Notes: a model not told the origin generated them from the letters alone. Shown: positions 23,390 to 34,030, counted from the first letter of the stretch. The stretch is DNA of 64,000 nt from an uncultured Holophagales bacterium (GCA_963842525.1 CAWJGT010000001.1:608001-672000); one strand, 5' to 3'. Numbers and translations: made by a program.

Positions 23390-24250
23390 CTTTGAGGATT
23401 CGGGATCTCAACTCCTTCGTATTTGATGGACCTTCACCCGGATATTAGCTTTTAAAATTTCCTTCTTCCAGTCCAGGATTCTCTCCGTAAACCGAAGATC
23501 GTCGCTCCGCGGCCGAGCAAAAGGCACTGGAACCTCAGTAACAAAGCGGCCCTCGCTTTAGAACGACCACCCTGTCCGCGAAAGATATTGCCTCCTCAAT
23601 AAAAGCGTGTGAAAAAGATGATGGTCTTTGGCGAGTCCTTCGAGATCGAGATAAGCTGTTTCTGCATCCTCTCGCGGGTATGCGAATCCCAGTGCTGCGA
23701 AGGTTTTTTATTTGATCAGCACAGCATGCTCCGGGATTGGGGGCGAGAGCCCGGGCCAGGGCGACGCGCTAAATTTGTCCCGCTCACAACTTATGTGGGT
23801 ATTGGCGCGCGTAGGTCCTCTGATCCCCGATACGCTCCAGGAGGCCTCGCAGACCCGCTCCCTTTCGCGGACCTCATCGGCATGCCACGTATTTGCAACG
23901 CGATGTTGACCTCCGGTCTCGAACCAAGGGAACAAGTGGTTGCTCTGTGAGGCTTAGTGGATGAGCATTCCTATTACTTCTACCTCCCCCTGGAAGGAAA
24001 TGAACCGCGCGAGCGCGTGTTCAGGAGAAGTTCTCACCTCCCCTGCGCCCTGATCTGCCTACGACAATGAGTTGCCCGCTTAATTGCTTCCCTGGGAAAA
24101 CAAAAATGACATCCCGCAAGTAGGGCTGATTCTGGCCATAGGTCACGGAAAAGACCGGCAGGCGCGCAAACGACAACAGATTCTACTGTTCGCGGCCATC
24201 GCCCGTAGGCCTTCATCCAAGGAAACGTGAGCCGCACAAATGTTGCGAAG
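23390..24250 (-). pseudogene. Nitrate/sulfonate-type ABC ATPase remnant
   Basis: Fragments LFPW, QYPHK-LSG, IEEAI-FADRVVVL, VPVPFARPRSDDLRF; very degraded. Confidence 0.6.
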
Positions 24251-24299
24251 GCGGCATCGGGGAGTCAACCAGTGGCGCCGAGCACCGCCAAGGCCTCAA

Positions 24300-25004
24300 T
24301 CATCCGGTCGATCTGATAAGCCATATATGTGATTCGAACCGGAAACCGATTCCGGATGATGTGCGAGTGGATTCATTGAACGTACAGATGATGACGTATG
24401 CGACTGCGATCGAATTCCGCAGCCCTGCCACGATCGCTGGAAGCGCTGCCGGAAGGACGACATAGGCCAGAACCGCAGCGCGCGATCGGGTCAGCAAGCG
24501 GGCGCTCCATAAGTACTCGATCGGGATTCTCGCTGCGCCGAGGTGCGTGTTGATCCAGGTCGGGAAGAACACGGCGAAGCTGGTCGAAAAGATCTTCGCG
24601 CCGTCGCCGATCCCGAACCAGACGATCACCAGGGGGATGATCGCCACTGGCGGCAGCGGACGCAAAACCTGGATTACAGGCCCAAAGATGGCGTCGGCGG
24701 TCCGGCTTCGCCCCGTCGACAGCCCGGCGGCCATTCCCATCCCTCCCCCAACTAGGAAGCCGACCAGCAGACGCAGAGAACTGGCTTCGACGTCCCTCCA
24801 TAACTCCCCCGTGCGGCTCCAGGCCAGCAAGGCGGTCACCACCTTCGACGGCGGAGGAAAGAGCGCGGGGTTGCTCACGGCATACCGCGAAAGCAACTCC
24901 CAAAGCACAAGCAGGAAGGCGATCGGAACTCCCCAGAGAAGGAAGCGGCCCGCTCCACCGAAAAACGCGGGACGGGCCTCCGCCCGTTGGCTTGAAATCC
25001 CCAT
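24300..25004 (-). CDS. SsuC/TauC-type ABC permease (3' end degraded)
   Basis: LFPPPSKV, LRPLPPVAIIPLVIVWFGIG, VVLPAALP. Confidence 0.88.
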   Translation of the reverse strand: MGISSQRAEARPAFFGGAGRFLLWGVPIAFLLVLWELLSRYAVSNPALFPPPSKVVTALLAWSRTGELWRDVEASSLRLLVGFLVGGGMGMAAGLSTGRSRTADAIFGPVIQVLRPLPPVAIIPLVIVWFGIGDGAKIFSTSFAVFFPTWINTHLGAARIPIEYLWSARLLTRSRAAVLAYVVLPAALPAIVAGLRNSIAVAYVIICTFNESTRTSSGIGFRFESHIWLIRSTG

Positions 25005-25024
25005 CTCAAGACCGCTCCCGGGTT

Positions 25025-26053
25025 TTACTTTAGCTGGACCAGGTTCGGATCGACTTCGCGAAGCAGTTCTGCATCGACGATTGCCCGGAAATCAGGGACT
25101 GGCGTACCCTGGGGAACCGTACCCTTTTCGATCGCCCACTTCGCCTCGGCTGTGGTGAGCTCGATAAGAAGAGGAGTCAGCGCAGGGCGGAACACAAAGT
25201 TTGGCCAGATATCGTCCACCACCTGCCGATCCAGCTTGGTATACCGAGTCACGATCGCTTTCGCGTCGTCAGGCCGCTGCGCCACGAAGACCGCGGCGTC
25301 CTTCAGCCCTCGCAGGAACGCCACCACGTCCGCCCGCCGCGCGGTGATCGTCTTCGGCATGACACTGGCGACGTAAAGCTCCCGAGTAGATGCTCGGGTC
25401 GGCGAACGTAACGCCCTTGTCTCCCATGGAGCGCTCGGCGAAGCGGGCGAACGGATCGAAGATCGCGATGGCGTCGACGGAACCGCTGGCGAGGGAAGCC
25501 GGCATGTCTTCCGGCTTCTGGCTGATAAGCTCTACTTCCGTGGCCGCGATCCCGTACTCTTTAAGAAAATTATACGTGAAAAACTCGGGACCGCACCGAA
25601 TGATGTGGCGAGCTTACGCTTCTTGGCCTTGAAGTACTTCAAGGCGTCCTCGAGGCCCGGCTCTCGGCGAGCCACAACGCGGACCTCATTGATCGTGCGT
25701 TCAACGACCTGCCCCACGACGCGGAAATTGCTACCCTGGAGCGTCGAAAGCGCTACCGGCACCTCGCCCGAGACAGCCACGTCGAGAGAGCCTCCAGAAA
25801 AGCCTGCAGGGCGAACTTTCCGGCCGTGAACTCCTTGAGCTCCACGTCCACGCCATGCTTGTCGAAGAACCTTGGTCTTCCGATACCATCAGCAGCGCCA
25901 TAGCAGGTGAAACTTGGATACCCACGGAGAGCTTCGGAGTTTGCGAGCTCGATCGGGAATTTCTTTCTCGTCCTCCCTAGCCTTCTGGCATCCCAAAACT
26001 CCAAGCACGGCCGTCAGGAGCAAGCCGACGGTGATTCGTAAGCGAGGTTTCAT
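25025..26053 (-). CDS. SsuA/NMT1-type ABC substrate-binding lipoprotein, frameshifted
   Basis: GAGGAG RBS, VLGC lipobox, FFDKHGVDVELKEFTAG, MPASLASGSVDAIAIFDPF. Confidence 0.82.
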
Positions 26054-26080
26054 ATTATGCTCCTCAATGTAAGCATTTCG

Positions 26081-26473
26081 TTAAGGTATAGATTCAAGAT
26101 AAGACAGCATCTGCGATGCCGTCGGGAACGGCTTCTTTCCAAGAATACCCCTTACACCAGGAGCATCCACGTACCGGCTTTCCAGCCATCTCCTTGATGC
26201 CCTATCGTCGACAAGTTCGGAGCACACCACGACAGGAATCAACGAGACAATCCGAAAAAGTTTGGTGATTACAGCCAATCCCTCAAGTTCGCTGTTCCCG
26301 AATCTGCTATCAATTATTGCTAACTGAGGACCAAAAGCTCGGATTCTTTCCTGCTCTTCATCCAGGGTGGGCGAGGAAGGAGGGAGAACAGAGCAACCAT
26401 GATCTCGGAATGTCCGCGCGAACCGAATAATGTCCTCAGGTTCATCGTCAATCACTAGTATCTTGGCTTCCAT
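26081..26473 (-). CDS. Stand-alone response regulator receiver
   Basis: ILVIDDE, AIIDS, VVVCS, GKKPF. Confidence 0.8.
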   Translation of the reverse strand: MEAKILVIDDEPEDIIRFARTFRDHGCSVLPPSSPTLDEEQERIRAFGPQLAIIDSRFGNSELEGLAVITKLFRIVSLIPVVVCSELVDDRASRRWLESRYVDAPGVRGILGKKPFPTASQMLSYLESIP

Positions 26474-28076
26474 TTCTCGTTTCCCCTTGAGATAATTTTT
26501 GACTCTCGCGCACGAACACGACAAAATGCGCTCCTGGCCACTGCGTCTTATCAGCCGACTCACTTTGCTCATCGAGAAACATCTTTCCACCAAGGTTCTC
26601 TATGGCGCGTCGCGAAAGGTAAAGGCCGTAACCGTGCGCGGTACTTTGGCCATCCTGGACAGCCTTACCAGAACCGGGCTTAAAAAGATGGGGTCTAACC
26701 ATCGGGTCGATACCTGGACCATCATCTCGGACGCCAAAGCGGAATCCTGAAATTGGCTCGGCAACCTTTTCTACAAGAACCTCCACCTTATTGTCTGCAA
26801 AGTGCCACGCGTTGGCCAGAAGATTATCCATGACCTCCCAGAAGGTAGTTTTGTCCACCCACATTTCCCAGTCAGAGGGTATAACCTCCTCTTGGCCTGC
26901 TGGTGAGCTCAAGCCCCTTGGCTTCATATTTTTTACTATTGATGAACAATAAAGTGGCAACAAATTCTCGAACATTGACATCTGCTGCCCTCACCTTGGA
27001 GAAGGCATCAAGGTCGTCCCTAGCGAAGGTAAGCATTAGATCTTCTGCGCTTTGGCGAAGTGCCATAACTCTTTCTTCAATCTTTCTGAAAGACTCTATA
27101 GCGCTTCCGACGTGGGCGAGGAGCGACTCGAGAGGCGTCTGGAGCCCATGCGCCAACATCTGCACAAAAGCGCCCCTCGCCCGATTGAGTTCCTCAGCCA
27201 ATCTGGCGCGCTCGTCACACCTGCCTCCTCACGGAGGCGAACACCGCTCAGAAGAGAGTGCGCAACTAACTGTAGCAAGCGCGTCTTCGTCGGGTCAAAC
27301 TCATTCTCTGGTGGTGGTCCAATAAAAGCGATCCCGCCTATCAAATTCTCTCCAGCATGGACAGGCGCGAGAACAACTAAGCGCGGTAATTCGATTATAC
27401 CCTTGCGAAGCGCGATTAACGTGACGCGGCAAATGTTGCGAAGAAGATTAAGCGCTCCAGCGGCAGAAAACGCTTCCGCTTCTCCACTCCAGACCGCCAA
27501 CCGCATCGCAATCTCTTCGACTACTATTGGAGTCTGCCTCAGGCATGCCTGAACGCAGTCCTGCTCAATTGACTTCTCAGGCTCGGGCCCACGAGTAACT
27601 CGCTGAAGCTCAGAAATAATCGATGACGGTATGACAAGGTGATTAGGAGCCGGCCTTTGACTCACGGAATCGTTGGACGAGAGCAAAATCACGGCCGGAT
27701 TGCCGCGCATTTCTTGACCTTTGAACCGCAAATACGGAGGCACGCTCCTTTGGTTGACCTCAAGGGAATCGGAATGCTGCGCCAATAAGCTTTCAGGCTC
27801 TACAGGGTACGATATGCGAAACCACTCGGCACTCGGCTCGCTCTCACTGACAGGATGCCTCGTCGCGTAATGCAATGTAAGCCAATCAACTTTACGATTG
27901 CGCATCGCCCCAGCCATGGCCCGATCTGAGAGTATACTGCGTAGCTGATCGACAAGCCATGTTTTGTAGACCACGTGCGGCCGTTCAAATTCATTCCCAA
28001 AGCCAGCAAAGGCAGAAGAGATTAAAGCTAACGCATCGAGAACAAGGTCGGTAAAGCTTGCAGACTTCTCGCTCAC
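26448..28076 (-). CDS. Cytoplasmic sensor histidine kinase, frameshifted
   Basis: H-box LAHGLQTPL, N-box DNLLANA, G1 DDGPGI, G2 GYGLYLS; uncharacterised N-terminal region. Confidence 0.85.
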
Positions 28077-28930
28077 ACTACTCTCCTCAATAACTGAGCT
28101 TCATCATGAGCATCCTCTAGCTCATTTAGAAGCACATCCGCAAGCTCCGTCGGCGTTACGTCGCACGTCTGGAGAATTGCCAGGCCGAAATTTAAACAGT
28201 ATGCTGCAAAGAAGAACGCCATGGCGACTTCCAGCACCACAATCCAATTAGCCAACGGAGAATTCCCCGGATGAATATCACCGTACCCGACAGTGCCAGC
28301 TGTGACAACACTGAAATAGAGCGCTTCCGTCAAGGAAACAGAAGACGGACCGTTAGGGCACACAACAAAGGCATGACCATCCGTAAGGACATGTGCTGAG
28401 AGGTACAGCGACCCAAAGCAGAATATTAGAGAAGTTCCCGCAAGAAGAAGCGAAAGAAAGAACTGGCGACTTTTTGCTAGCCTATAGATCCGTATGTGAC
28501 TCTTGAAATCAGTTCTTGCCTCTGCTATAAAATCCGGAAAGTTTTCGGGGATGAGCCTCTGATGCCTTGCGTCATCACATGCATCACGAAGGTAATGTAC
28601 TTCCTCTGCCGGGAGTGTGAGGAGTATGTCTTCGTATGCAAAAAACGCTTTTCCTGGTACGTAAACTGGTGGCTCGCATAAGGCAGCGAGAGTGGAAAAG
28701 AACGACCGCCTCGTTTTAACGATTGTATGGGTACTCGGAATCGGACGAAAAAAGCGAAACGCACTGACGACTATGGTACCAATTACAATCAACCCCAGAG
28801 TAAGACAAATTACCGCAGTACTGCGCATGATTACTGCGTTCATGCTAGAAAAATAACCAATGACAGGAATTCCCAAAAGCGCCACGAGAGCCAATCCGAG
28901 ACGAACAATTTGATATAGATAGATCTTCAC
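28073..28930 (-). CDS. Potassium channel (Ion_trans_2) with extra N-terminal TM pair
   Basis: ALYFSVVTAGTVGYGDIHP selectivity filter between two TM helices. Confidence 0.88.
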   Translation of the reverse strand: MKIYLYQIVRLGLALVALLGIPVIGYFSSMNAVIMRSTAVICLTLGLIVIGTIVVSAFRFFRPIPSTHTIVKTRRSFFSTLAALCEPPVYVPGKAFFAYEDILLTLPAEEVHYLRDACDDARHQRLIPENFPDFIAEARTDFKSHIRIYRLAKSRQFFLSLLLAGTSLIFCFGSLYLSAHVLTDGHAFVVCPNGPSSVSLTEALYFSVVTAGTVGYGDIHPGNSPLANWIVVLEVAMAFFFAAYCLNFGLAILQTCDVTPTELADVLLNELEDAHDEAQLLRRVV

Positions 28931-29373
28931 TTTAACCCTCGAACAAACCCGAGAAGAGCTTCGGCGGACGGAAAATCAGGAAATTTGCCGAAGGCGGCAA
29001 CGACACCCTGCTCTCGAAGGGCCCGCCCTCTTTCTGCTTCCCCCATGGGCGAATGTGTAAAAAGCTTCGAGCAAACGACAATTGGAGGCACACCGCAGGC
29101 AAATTCTATCTCTCGTATTTGATCGATGAGCCGGTATCCATCCTCTCGCGATTCACCAATAACTAGGTCAGTTACAATCAAATCTGGACAGAACACAAGC
29201 AGAGCAGCTCGCGCACTCTCATCCAGAACAGGCCGCCTAAGCAAGAGCAAATCCACGGTCGAATTCTGGAATACGCTTTTGAATCTAACAAGAGAGTCTC
29301 TCGAATCGTCGAAAATCACGATTCGAATGGCAGACTTGGTTTCCATGGCTTGCATCGTTCCCGTACTTGCCAT
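28927..29373 (-). CDS. Stand-alone receiver domain protein (paralogue 1)
   Basis: IVIFDDS, IVTDLVIG, DGYRLI, IVVCSK, FGKFP. Confidence 0.82.
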   Translation of the reverse strand: MASTGTMQAMETKSAIRIVIFDDSRDSLVRFKSVFQNSTVDLLLLRRPVLDESARAALLVFCPDLIVTDLVIGESREDGYRLIDQIREIEFACGVPPIVVCSKLFTHSPMGEAERGRALREQGVVAAFGKFPDFPSAEALLGFVRGLK

Positions 29374-29801
29374 CAGAAGGCAGTTTTACGATCGAGAGAA
29401 AGAAATTCCTGTGCCGAGGGGAGGTCTGGATACTTTCCGAAAGCAGCCTTCACTCCTGGTTCTGCAAGGGCACGCGCCTTTTCCCCTTCGCCCATGGGAG
29501 TTTTGGTAATCAATTTTGAGCAAACTACAATAGGAGGAATTCCGCCACGAAACGGCACCTCCCGAAGCTGGGCTATAAGACGGTAGCCATCTTCTCGCGA
29601 CTCTCCCATCACGAGGTCTACAATGATGAGGCTGGGCTGAAATGCAACAAGTGCTGTGCTAATGTTAACATCCACCTCAGGTCGCCTGAAATAGAGAAGT
29701 TCACAACCGCTCTCGTTGAAAGCATTTGCGTAGCGCTTTAGCGCATCCCGAGAGTCATCGAAGATAACAACGCATTTCGGGATTTCAAGTGGCGTTGTCA
29801 T
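29373..29801 (-). CDS. Stand-alone receiver domain protein (paralogue 2)
   Basis: VVIFDDS, IIVDLVMG, DGYRLI, IVVCSK, FGKYP; clearly homologous to its neighbour. Confidence 0.82.
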   Translation of the reverse strand: MTTPLEIPKCVVIFDDSRDALKRYANAFNESGCELLYFRRPEVDVNISTALVAFQPSLIIVDLVMGESREDGYRLIAQLREVPFRGGIPPIVVCSKLITKTPMGEGEKARALAEPGVKAAFGKYPDLPSAQEFLSLDRKTAF

Positions 29802-30831
29802 CTTCTACCGCCCTTGTCGATGAAACCTGTTCCACGCCTTTCACCCAGGGCAACACCCGCCGGAGTGTCCGCTCCAAGCCCTCCTTCAGGGTCAGGCTCA
29901 CGCTGGGACACGCCAAGCAGGCTCCGCGTAGGCGGACGCGAACAACACCCTCTTCGGCAGAGACGAGCTCGACACCACCGCCATCCGCCTCCATGGCGGG
30001 ACGCAGGGTTTCCAGAACCCTCTCCACTTGGTCGGCGGCGGAACTATCCTCCAAGGTTGCAGTCTCGGCGATGGGGCGGACGCAGCGGAAGCCGACGTTC
30101 GGCGCCGTGGCGTGCGGATCTAGAGCACCTCGGTTCGCCGTGCGCAGCCGGAAGGGCTGGATGACATTCCAGGCTCCTCCGCGGCGGGCCCGATGAGTTC
30201 CAGCGCTTTCGACTGGACTCATCGAGGGATCGACGGAGTAGGCATCCGGCTGGTACCAGTTCTCGCACCACTGCCAGACGTTGCCAACCAGGTCATAGAG
30301 GCCGAAGTCGTTCGTAGGGAATGCGCGCACTGGCGTCGTGGGTGGAATTTCCGCCGGTTGGCGAGCGAAATTGCACTGCGTTCCATCCGGCTCCTCGGAA
30401 CCCCACGGGTAAGCCTGCTGCTCGCGACCCGCCCTTGCCCCCCGCTCCCATTGGGCTTCCGTCGGTAGGCACTTGCCGGCCCAGCGGGCATAGGCGGATG
30501 CATCCTCCCAACTGACGAGAAGGACTGGATGTTCCAACCTATCGGGCGTTGCATAGCTGCGCCATGACAGGCCAGCGATAGCCCGATAGCGGCCAGCGCG
30601 ATATCCCCACGCCGCCCCTGCACGCTCTGCCTCCGTGACATGATTGGTGGCCTTCACGAATTCGCCAAACTGACAGTTTGTAACGAGGGTCTCGTCCATC
30701 CAGTAGGCATCCAAGTAGACTTCGTGAACCGGCCGCTCGAACTCCCCCCCTGCCTCACTACCCATGAGGAAAGCTCCAGCAGGAACTAAGACCATCCCGG
30801 ACAAATCGGAAGCTGCTTCAATTTTTGCCAT
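29785..30831 (-). CDS. FGE-sulfatase (SUMF1-like) domain fused to a NifU C-terminal domain
   Basis: FLMGS, LPTEAQWE, GNVWQWC, GFRCV, then LRPAMEADGGGVELV...LRGACLACP; GAAGGAG RBS. Confidence 0.9.
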   Translation of the reverse strand: MAKIEAASDLSGMVLVPAGAFLMGSEAGGEFERPVHEVYLDAYWMDETLVTNCQFGEFVKATNHVTEAERAGAAWGYRAGRYRAIAGLSWRSYATPDRLEHPVLLVSWEDASAYARWAGKCLPTEAQWERGARAGREQQAYPWGSEEPDGTQCNFARQPAEIPPTTPVRAFPTNDFGLYDLVGNVWQWCENWYQPDAYSVDPSMSPVESAGTHRARRGGAWNVIQPFRLRTANRGALDPHATAPNVGFRCVRPIAETATLEDSSAADQVERVLETLRPAMEADGGGVELVSAEEGVVRVRLRGACLACPSVSLTLKEGLERTLRRVLPWVKGVEQVSSTRAVEDDNAT

Positions 30832-31422
30832 ATATTCTCCTTCAGCCCAAGAAATGCCCATGGAGTCCATGCGCACATCTCTATAGGTAGGAACGTAGAT
30901 GCTCTGTGCGTAGTACCGCCACACTATCTTAAAATTTCTTAGTATGCAAGGAGCGGCCGAGACGCCTGTAGATTAGGCGCCAGTCGTCCTTTCAAGCGTT
31001 TCCTTAACATAGATCCTTACAGCCTGAAAACTTCCAGATCCTTCCTCCTCGTCCCTGCTCGAAGCCCCTCCCGAGGCCATTCCGGCCCCGCGTACTCCTA
31101 AGACAGATCGCCACCTGTTATCTGTGGACACGCGTACGCGCAGTTTGTTTAGGCTCGGGCGGCCTCGGCCTCGGGAATAGGAGTCCTCGATCGCAGGCTC
31201 TTGAGGCGACCGCGTCGCTGGACCTCGCCCTGCTGGCGAGTTTTTGCGCGACGGAAAGGCTTGGGACTTTAGGGCAGGCTTCCCCCTGCCGGCAGGTCAA
31301 GGGGGAGGTCCAGGTCAGCGCACCGGCAAGCCTCCTCCCCCTTGTGGCACCTTTTCAGAAGAGGCGGCTCTCTCCCGGCCGCGGCGGCCGCCGAGGCGCA
31401 GCCGCCTGAAAAGGAGCCTCCT

Positions 31423-31717
31423 ATGACCCGTTTTCCGGCGCGCCGTCTTGCCTTCGTCGTCTTGGTCCTTGTCCTCCTGCTCGCCCCTGGGGTGGGCCGC
31501 GCCTGGCCTCTTGGCCCGGAGGGTCCGGCGGCGGCTGGACAGGCCGGAGAAGCTCGGTTTCTCCTCCTGGATCGGCAGCCTTGTCTCGTTCCTCTGGGAC
31601 AGCATCACCGACGATGACGGTGCCGGGGTGAACGCGACGGCGACCGATCTGGGGCCTGAGATGTATCCGGACGGGGTAACGGCCGATCTGGGACCCGACA
31701 TGGACCCCAACGGCTAG
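31423..31717 (+). CDS. Small secreted peptide with two C-terminal DLGPxMxPxG repeats, one frameshift
   Basis: AAGGAG RBS; signal peptide MTRFPARRLAFVVLVLVLLLAPGVGRA; ends TDLGPEMYPDG-VT-ADLGPDMDPNG*. Confidence 0.75.
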
Positions 31718-31835
31718 CCTTGCCTGAGCCGGTGGCGATCATGGAAGATTGTCGCCGGCGATTCTCCTTTCCAGTGTCACAGAATCCCGCCCTGCGGCAA
31801 CTTACTATGGAGAAGGACGTCTTCGGAGGAGAACC

Positions 31836-33157
31836 ATGGCCGACCTCCACATCACGCGGGATCTCCTACGCGTTGTCTCCCGAGGAGAGATTCCACCTCG
31901 GCTGCTGACCCAGCTTGGCGTGCAGCACCTGATGACCCTCTGCCCGCACTGCCGGGCGGAGATCCTGGCTTGGCAGCGAGAGCGCGAGGCCGGTCCTCCG
32001 GGCTACGACCGGGCGTTCCGCGTCCTGCCGGCTCTTCTCGGGCGGCATGCAGAACCGGCGGACCGCCAGCAGGTGGAGGCCGAGCGCGATGCGAGGGCGC
32101 TCCTCGATCTGCCTCGGGAGGAGCGGATCGAGAAGGTTCGCCGCGCGAGGGTCCGTTTCCGCGGCATGGCCCTGGTCCGGCCCTCCTTGACGAGAGCCGG
32201 CGGCAGATCCCCGCAGACCCGGCCGAGTCCTTTCATCTGGCGGAGCTCGCTCGCACCGTCGTCCACCATTCGCCCGCGGCGCCTGACTCTTTCGACCTGA
32301 CCGCGCTCGCCGCGGCGTGCATGGGCAATGCCCGCAGGGCGGCGGGTGCTCTCCGGGAGGCCGAACGTCTTTTCGGGCATGCCCGCTATGTCATCACCCA
32401 TCATGGAGTGACCGAGACCGGGGTCCTGGCCAGGATCGACGAGCTGGAAGGGTCCCTGCGGAAGGACCAGAGGATCTTTGACCGCGCCGAGGAGCTGCTG
32501 ACCCGATCCGCCATGCTGTATCGGGTGATCGGCGCCACGATCGAGACCGCTCGCGTTCTTCTCAATGTGGGCGATGTCTTCTTCTACCGAGGAATGCCGG
32601 ATCAAGCCATCGCGGTTCTCCGCACGGCCCTCGAGGAGATCCCAGCGGACACCCAACCGAGGCTGTTCCTGAACGGCCGGCACAATCTGGCCCTCTATTT
32701 GATCGAGTCCGGCCGGTACGACGAGGCGGCCGATGCTCTCGACACGGACGAGGACCTCTATCGCCGCTTTCCGGAGCCGTGGACGCAGCTCCGGCTCGTG
32801 TGGCTGCGCGGCAAGATCGCGGTGGGACGGGGAGAGGCCGAGGTGGCCGAGCGGAGCCTGCTCGAGGCCCGCGACGGCTTCCTCGGCCTGGGGATCGGCT
32901 ATGACGCCGCGATGGTGTCGCTGGACCTCGCCCTCGTCTATCTCCGCCAGGAGCGGAACGCCGAGATCCTCCGCCTCGCCGAGGAGATGTTCCCGATCTT
33001 CGAGGCCCAGGACGTCCACCGGGAAGCCATCGCCGCTCTCCAGCTCTTCCAGGAGGCCGCCCGCCGGCAGGAGGTCACGGCCGAGCTGGTGCGCGATCTG
33101 GCGGTGTACTTCCGGGAGGCTCGGATGGACCCATCGCTTCGGTTTCGGGAGCCCTGA
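31836..33157 (+). CDS. TPR protein with N-terminal H-x4-CxxC (zf-HC2-like) motif, frameshift near 32185
   Basis: GGAGGA RBS; HLMTLCPHC; helical repeats (MGNARRAAG, LLNVGDVFFYRG, HNLALYLIESGRYDEA). Confidence 0.85.
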
Positions 33158-33158
33158 G

Positions 33159-33214
33159 CCTCACCCCCCTGGCCCCCCTCTCCCATCGCTCTCCCCCCGA
33201 CCGGGAGAGGGGGG
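33159..33214. repeat. Family A single unit
   Basis: CCTCACCCCCCTGGCCCCCCTCTCCCA...CCGGGAGAGGGGG. Confidence 0.85.
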
Positions 33215-33365
33215 AACGTGGTTCCGCCGCGGCATGGATTGCGCACGTTCCCTACCGGCACTATCATGTGTTCGTCGGCCGTAACCGGAATCCGGAATTC
33301 GCTGTGCCACGACGAGCCGCTGGCCGGTTTTGCAGAGCGAATGGCGAAGAGCCCAAGGAGCGAAG

Positions 33366-33659
33366 GTGCTCACCGCAGTCGAGGGTATCTATAAGGACGG
33401 GGAAGTGGAGCTTTTGGAGCGGCCGGCGGGCCTGAGGGAGGCACGGGTCATCGTCACCTTCCTTCCTCCGACGCCCGCTCCGTCCTCCCAGGCAGAGGCT
33501 CGCGACCGGATGCTCAAGCGGATGCGGGAAGGAATCCCTCTGGGCGGACCGCCGTATCCCAGGCTTCTCGAGCTTGCTGGAAGTGGCCTTTGGGAAGGGG
33601 ATCTCTCGGAGATGAGGGGAGACACCCCTTCACGGCAGGAGGCTCCTCGAGATCGCTAA
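33366..33659 (+). CDS. AF2212/DUF104-like antitoxin, apparently chimeric
   Basis: VEGIYKDGEVELLE N-terminus; C-terminus LLELAGSGLWEGDLSEMR resembles a VapB tail. Confidence 0.6.
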   Translation: MLTAVEGIYKDGEVELLERPAGLREARVIVTFLPPTPAPSSQAEARDRMLKRMREGIPLGGPPYPRLLELAGSGLWEGDLSEMRGDTPSRQEAPRDR

Positions 33660-33704
33660 ACTCCGCTGCGCCACACAACACGCAGGCACAAATGGCGCGG
33701 GGGA

Positions 33705-33808
33705 AGCCCGGCGATGAATCGCCGGGCTAGCAACAGCGCCCCATGAATGGGGCTTGAAGCCGGGTTCACCCGGCGCTGTTTCTAGCCCGGGCATTCATGC
33801 CCGGGCGG
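33705..33808. repeat. Palindromic repeat family B cluster (BIME-like, four hairpins)
   Basis: GCCCGGCGATGAATCGCCGGGC, GCCCCATGAATGGGGC, GCCGGGTTCACCCGGC, GCCCGGGCATTCATGCCCGGGC. Confidence 0.85.
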
Positions 33809-33817
33809 AAGGGCGGC

Positions 33818-34030
33818 TCACTCATGCTCCTGCTCCAGCAGCAAAGCTGCTGAGGTCCCAAGGTCGGTGGCGGGCCGTCGGGAGAGGCGTTCGTGCCATT
33901 CGTAGCGAGCCATCTCGCGTTCGAGGGCCGCCAGGGCGATGTCGCTGATCGTGCGCTTGTGCTGCTGCGCATAATTCCGCAGGCGTTGATGCAGGGCGTC
34001 CGGTAGATTCTTGACTTGGAGGTTTGCCAT
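33818..34030 (-). CDS. FitA-like RHH antitoxin (orphan)
   Basis: MANLQVKNLPDALHQRLR...RTISDI. Confidence 0.8.
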   Translation of the reverse strand: MANLQVKNLPDALHQRLRNYAQQHKRTISDIALAALEREMARYEWHERLSRRPATDLGTSAALLLEQEHE

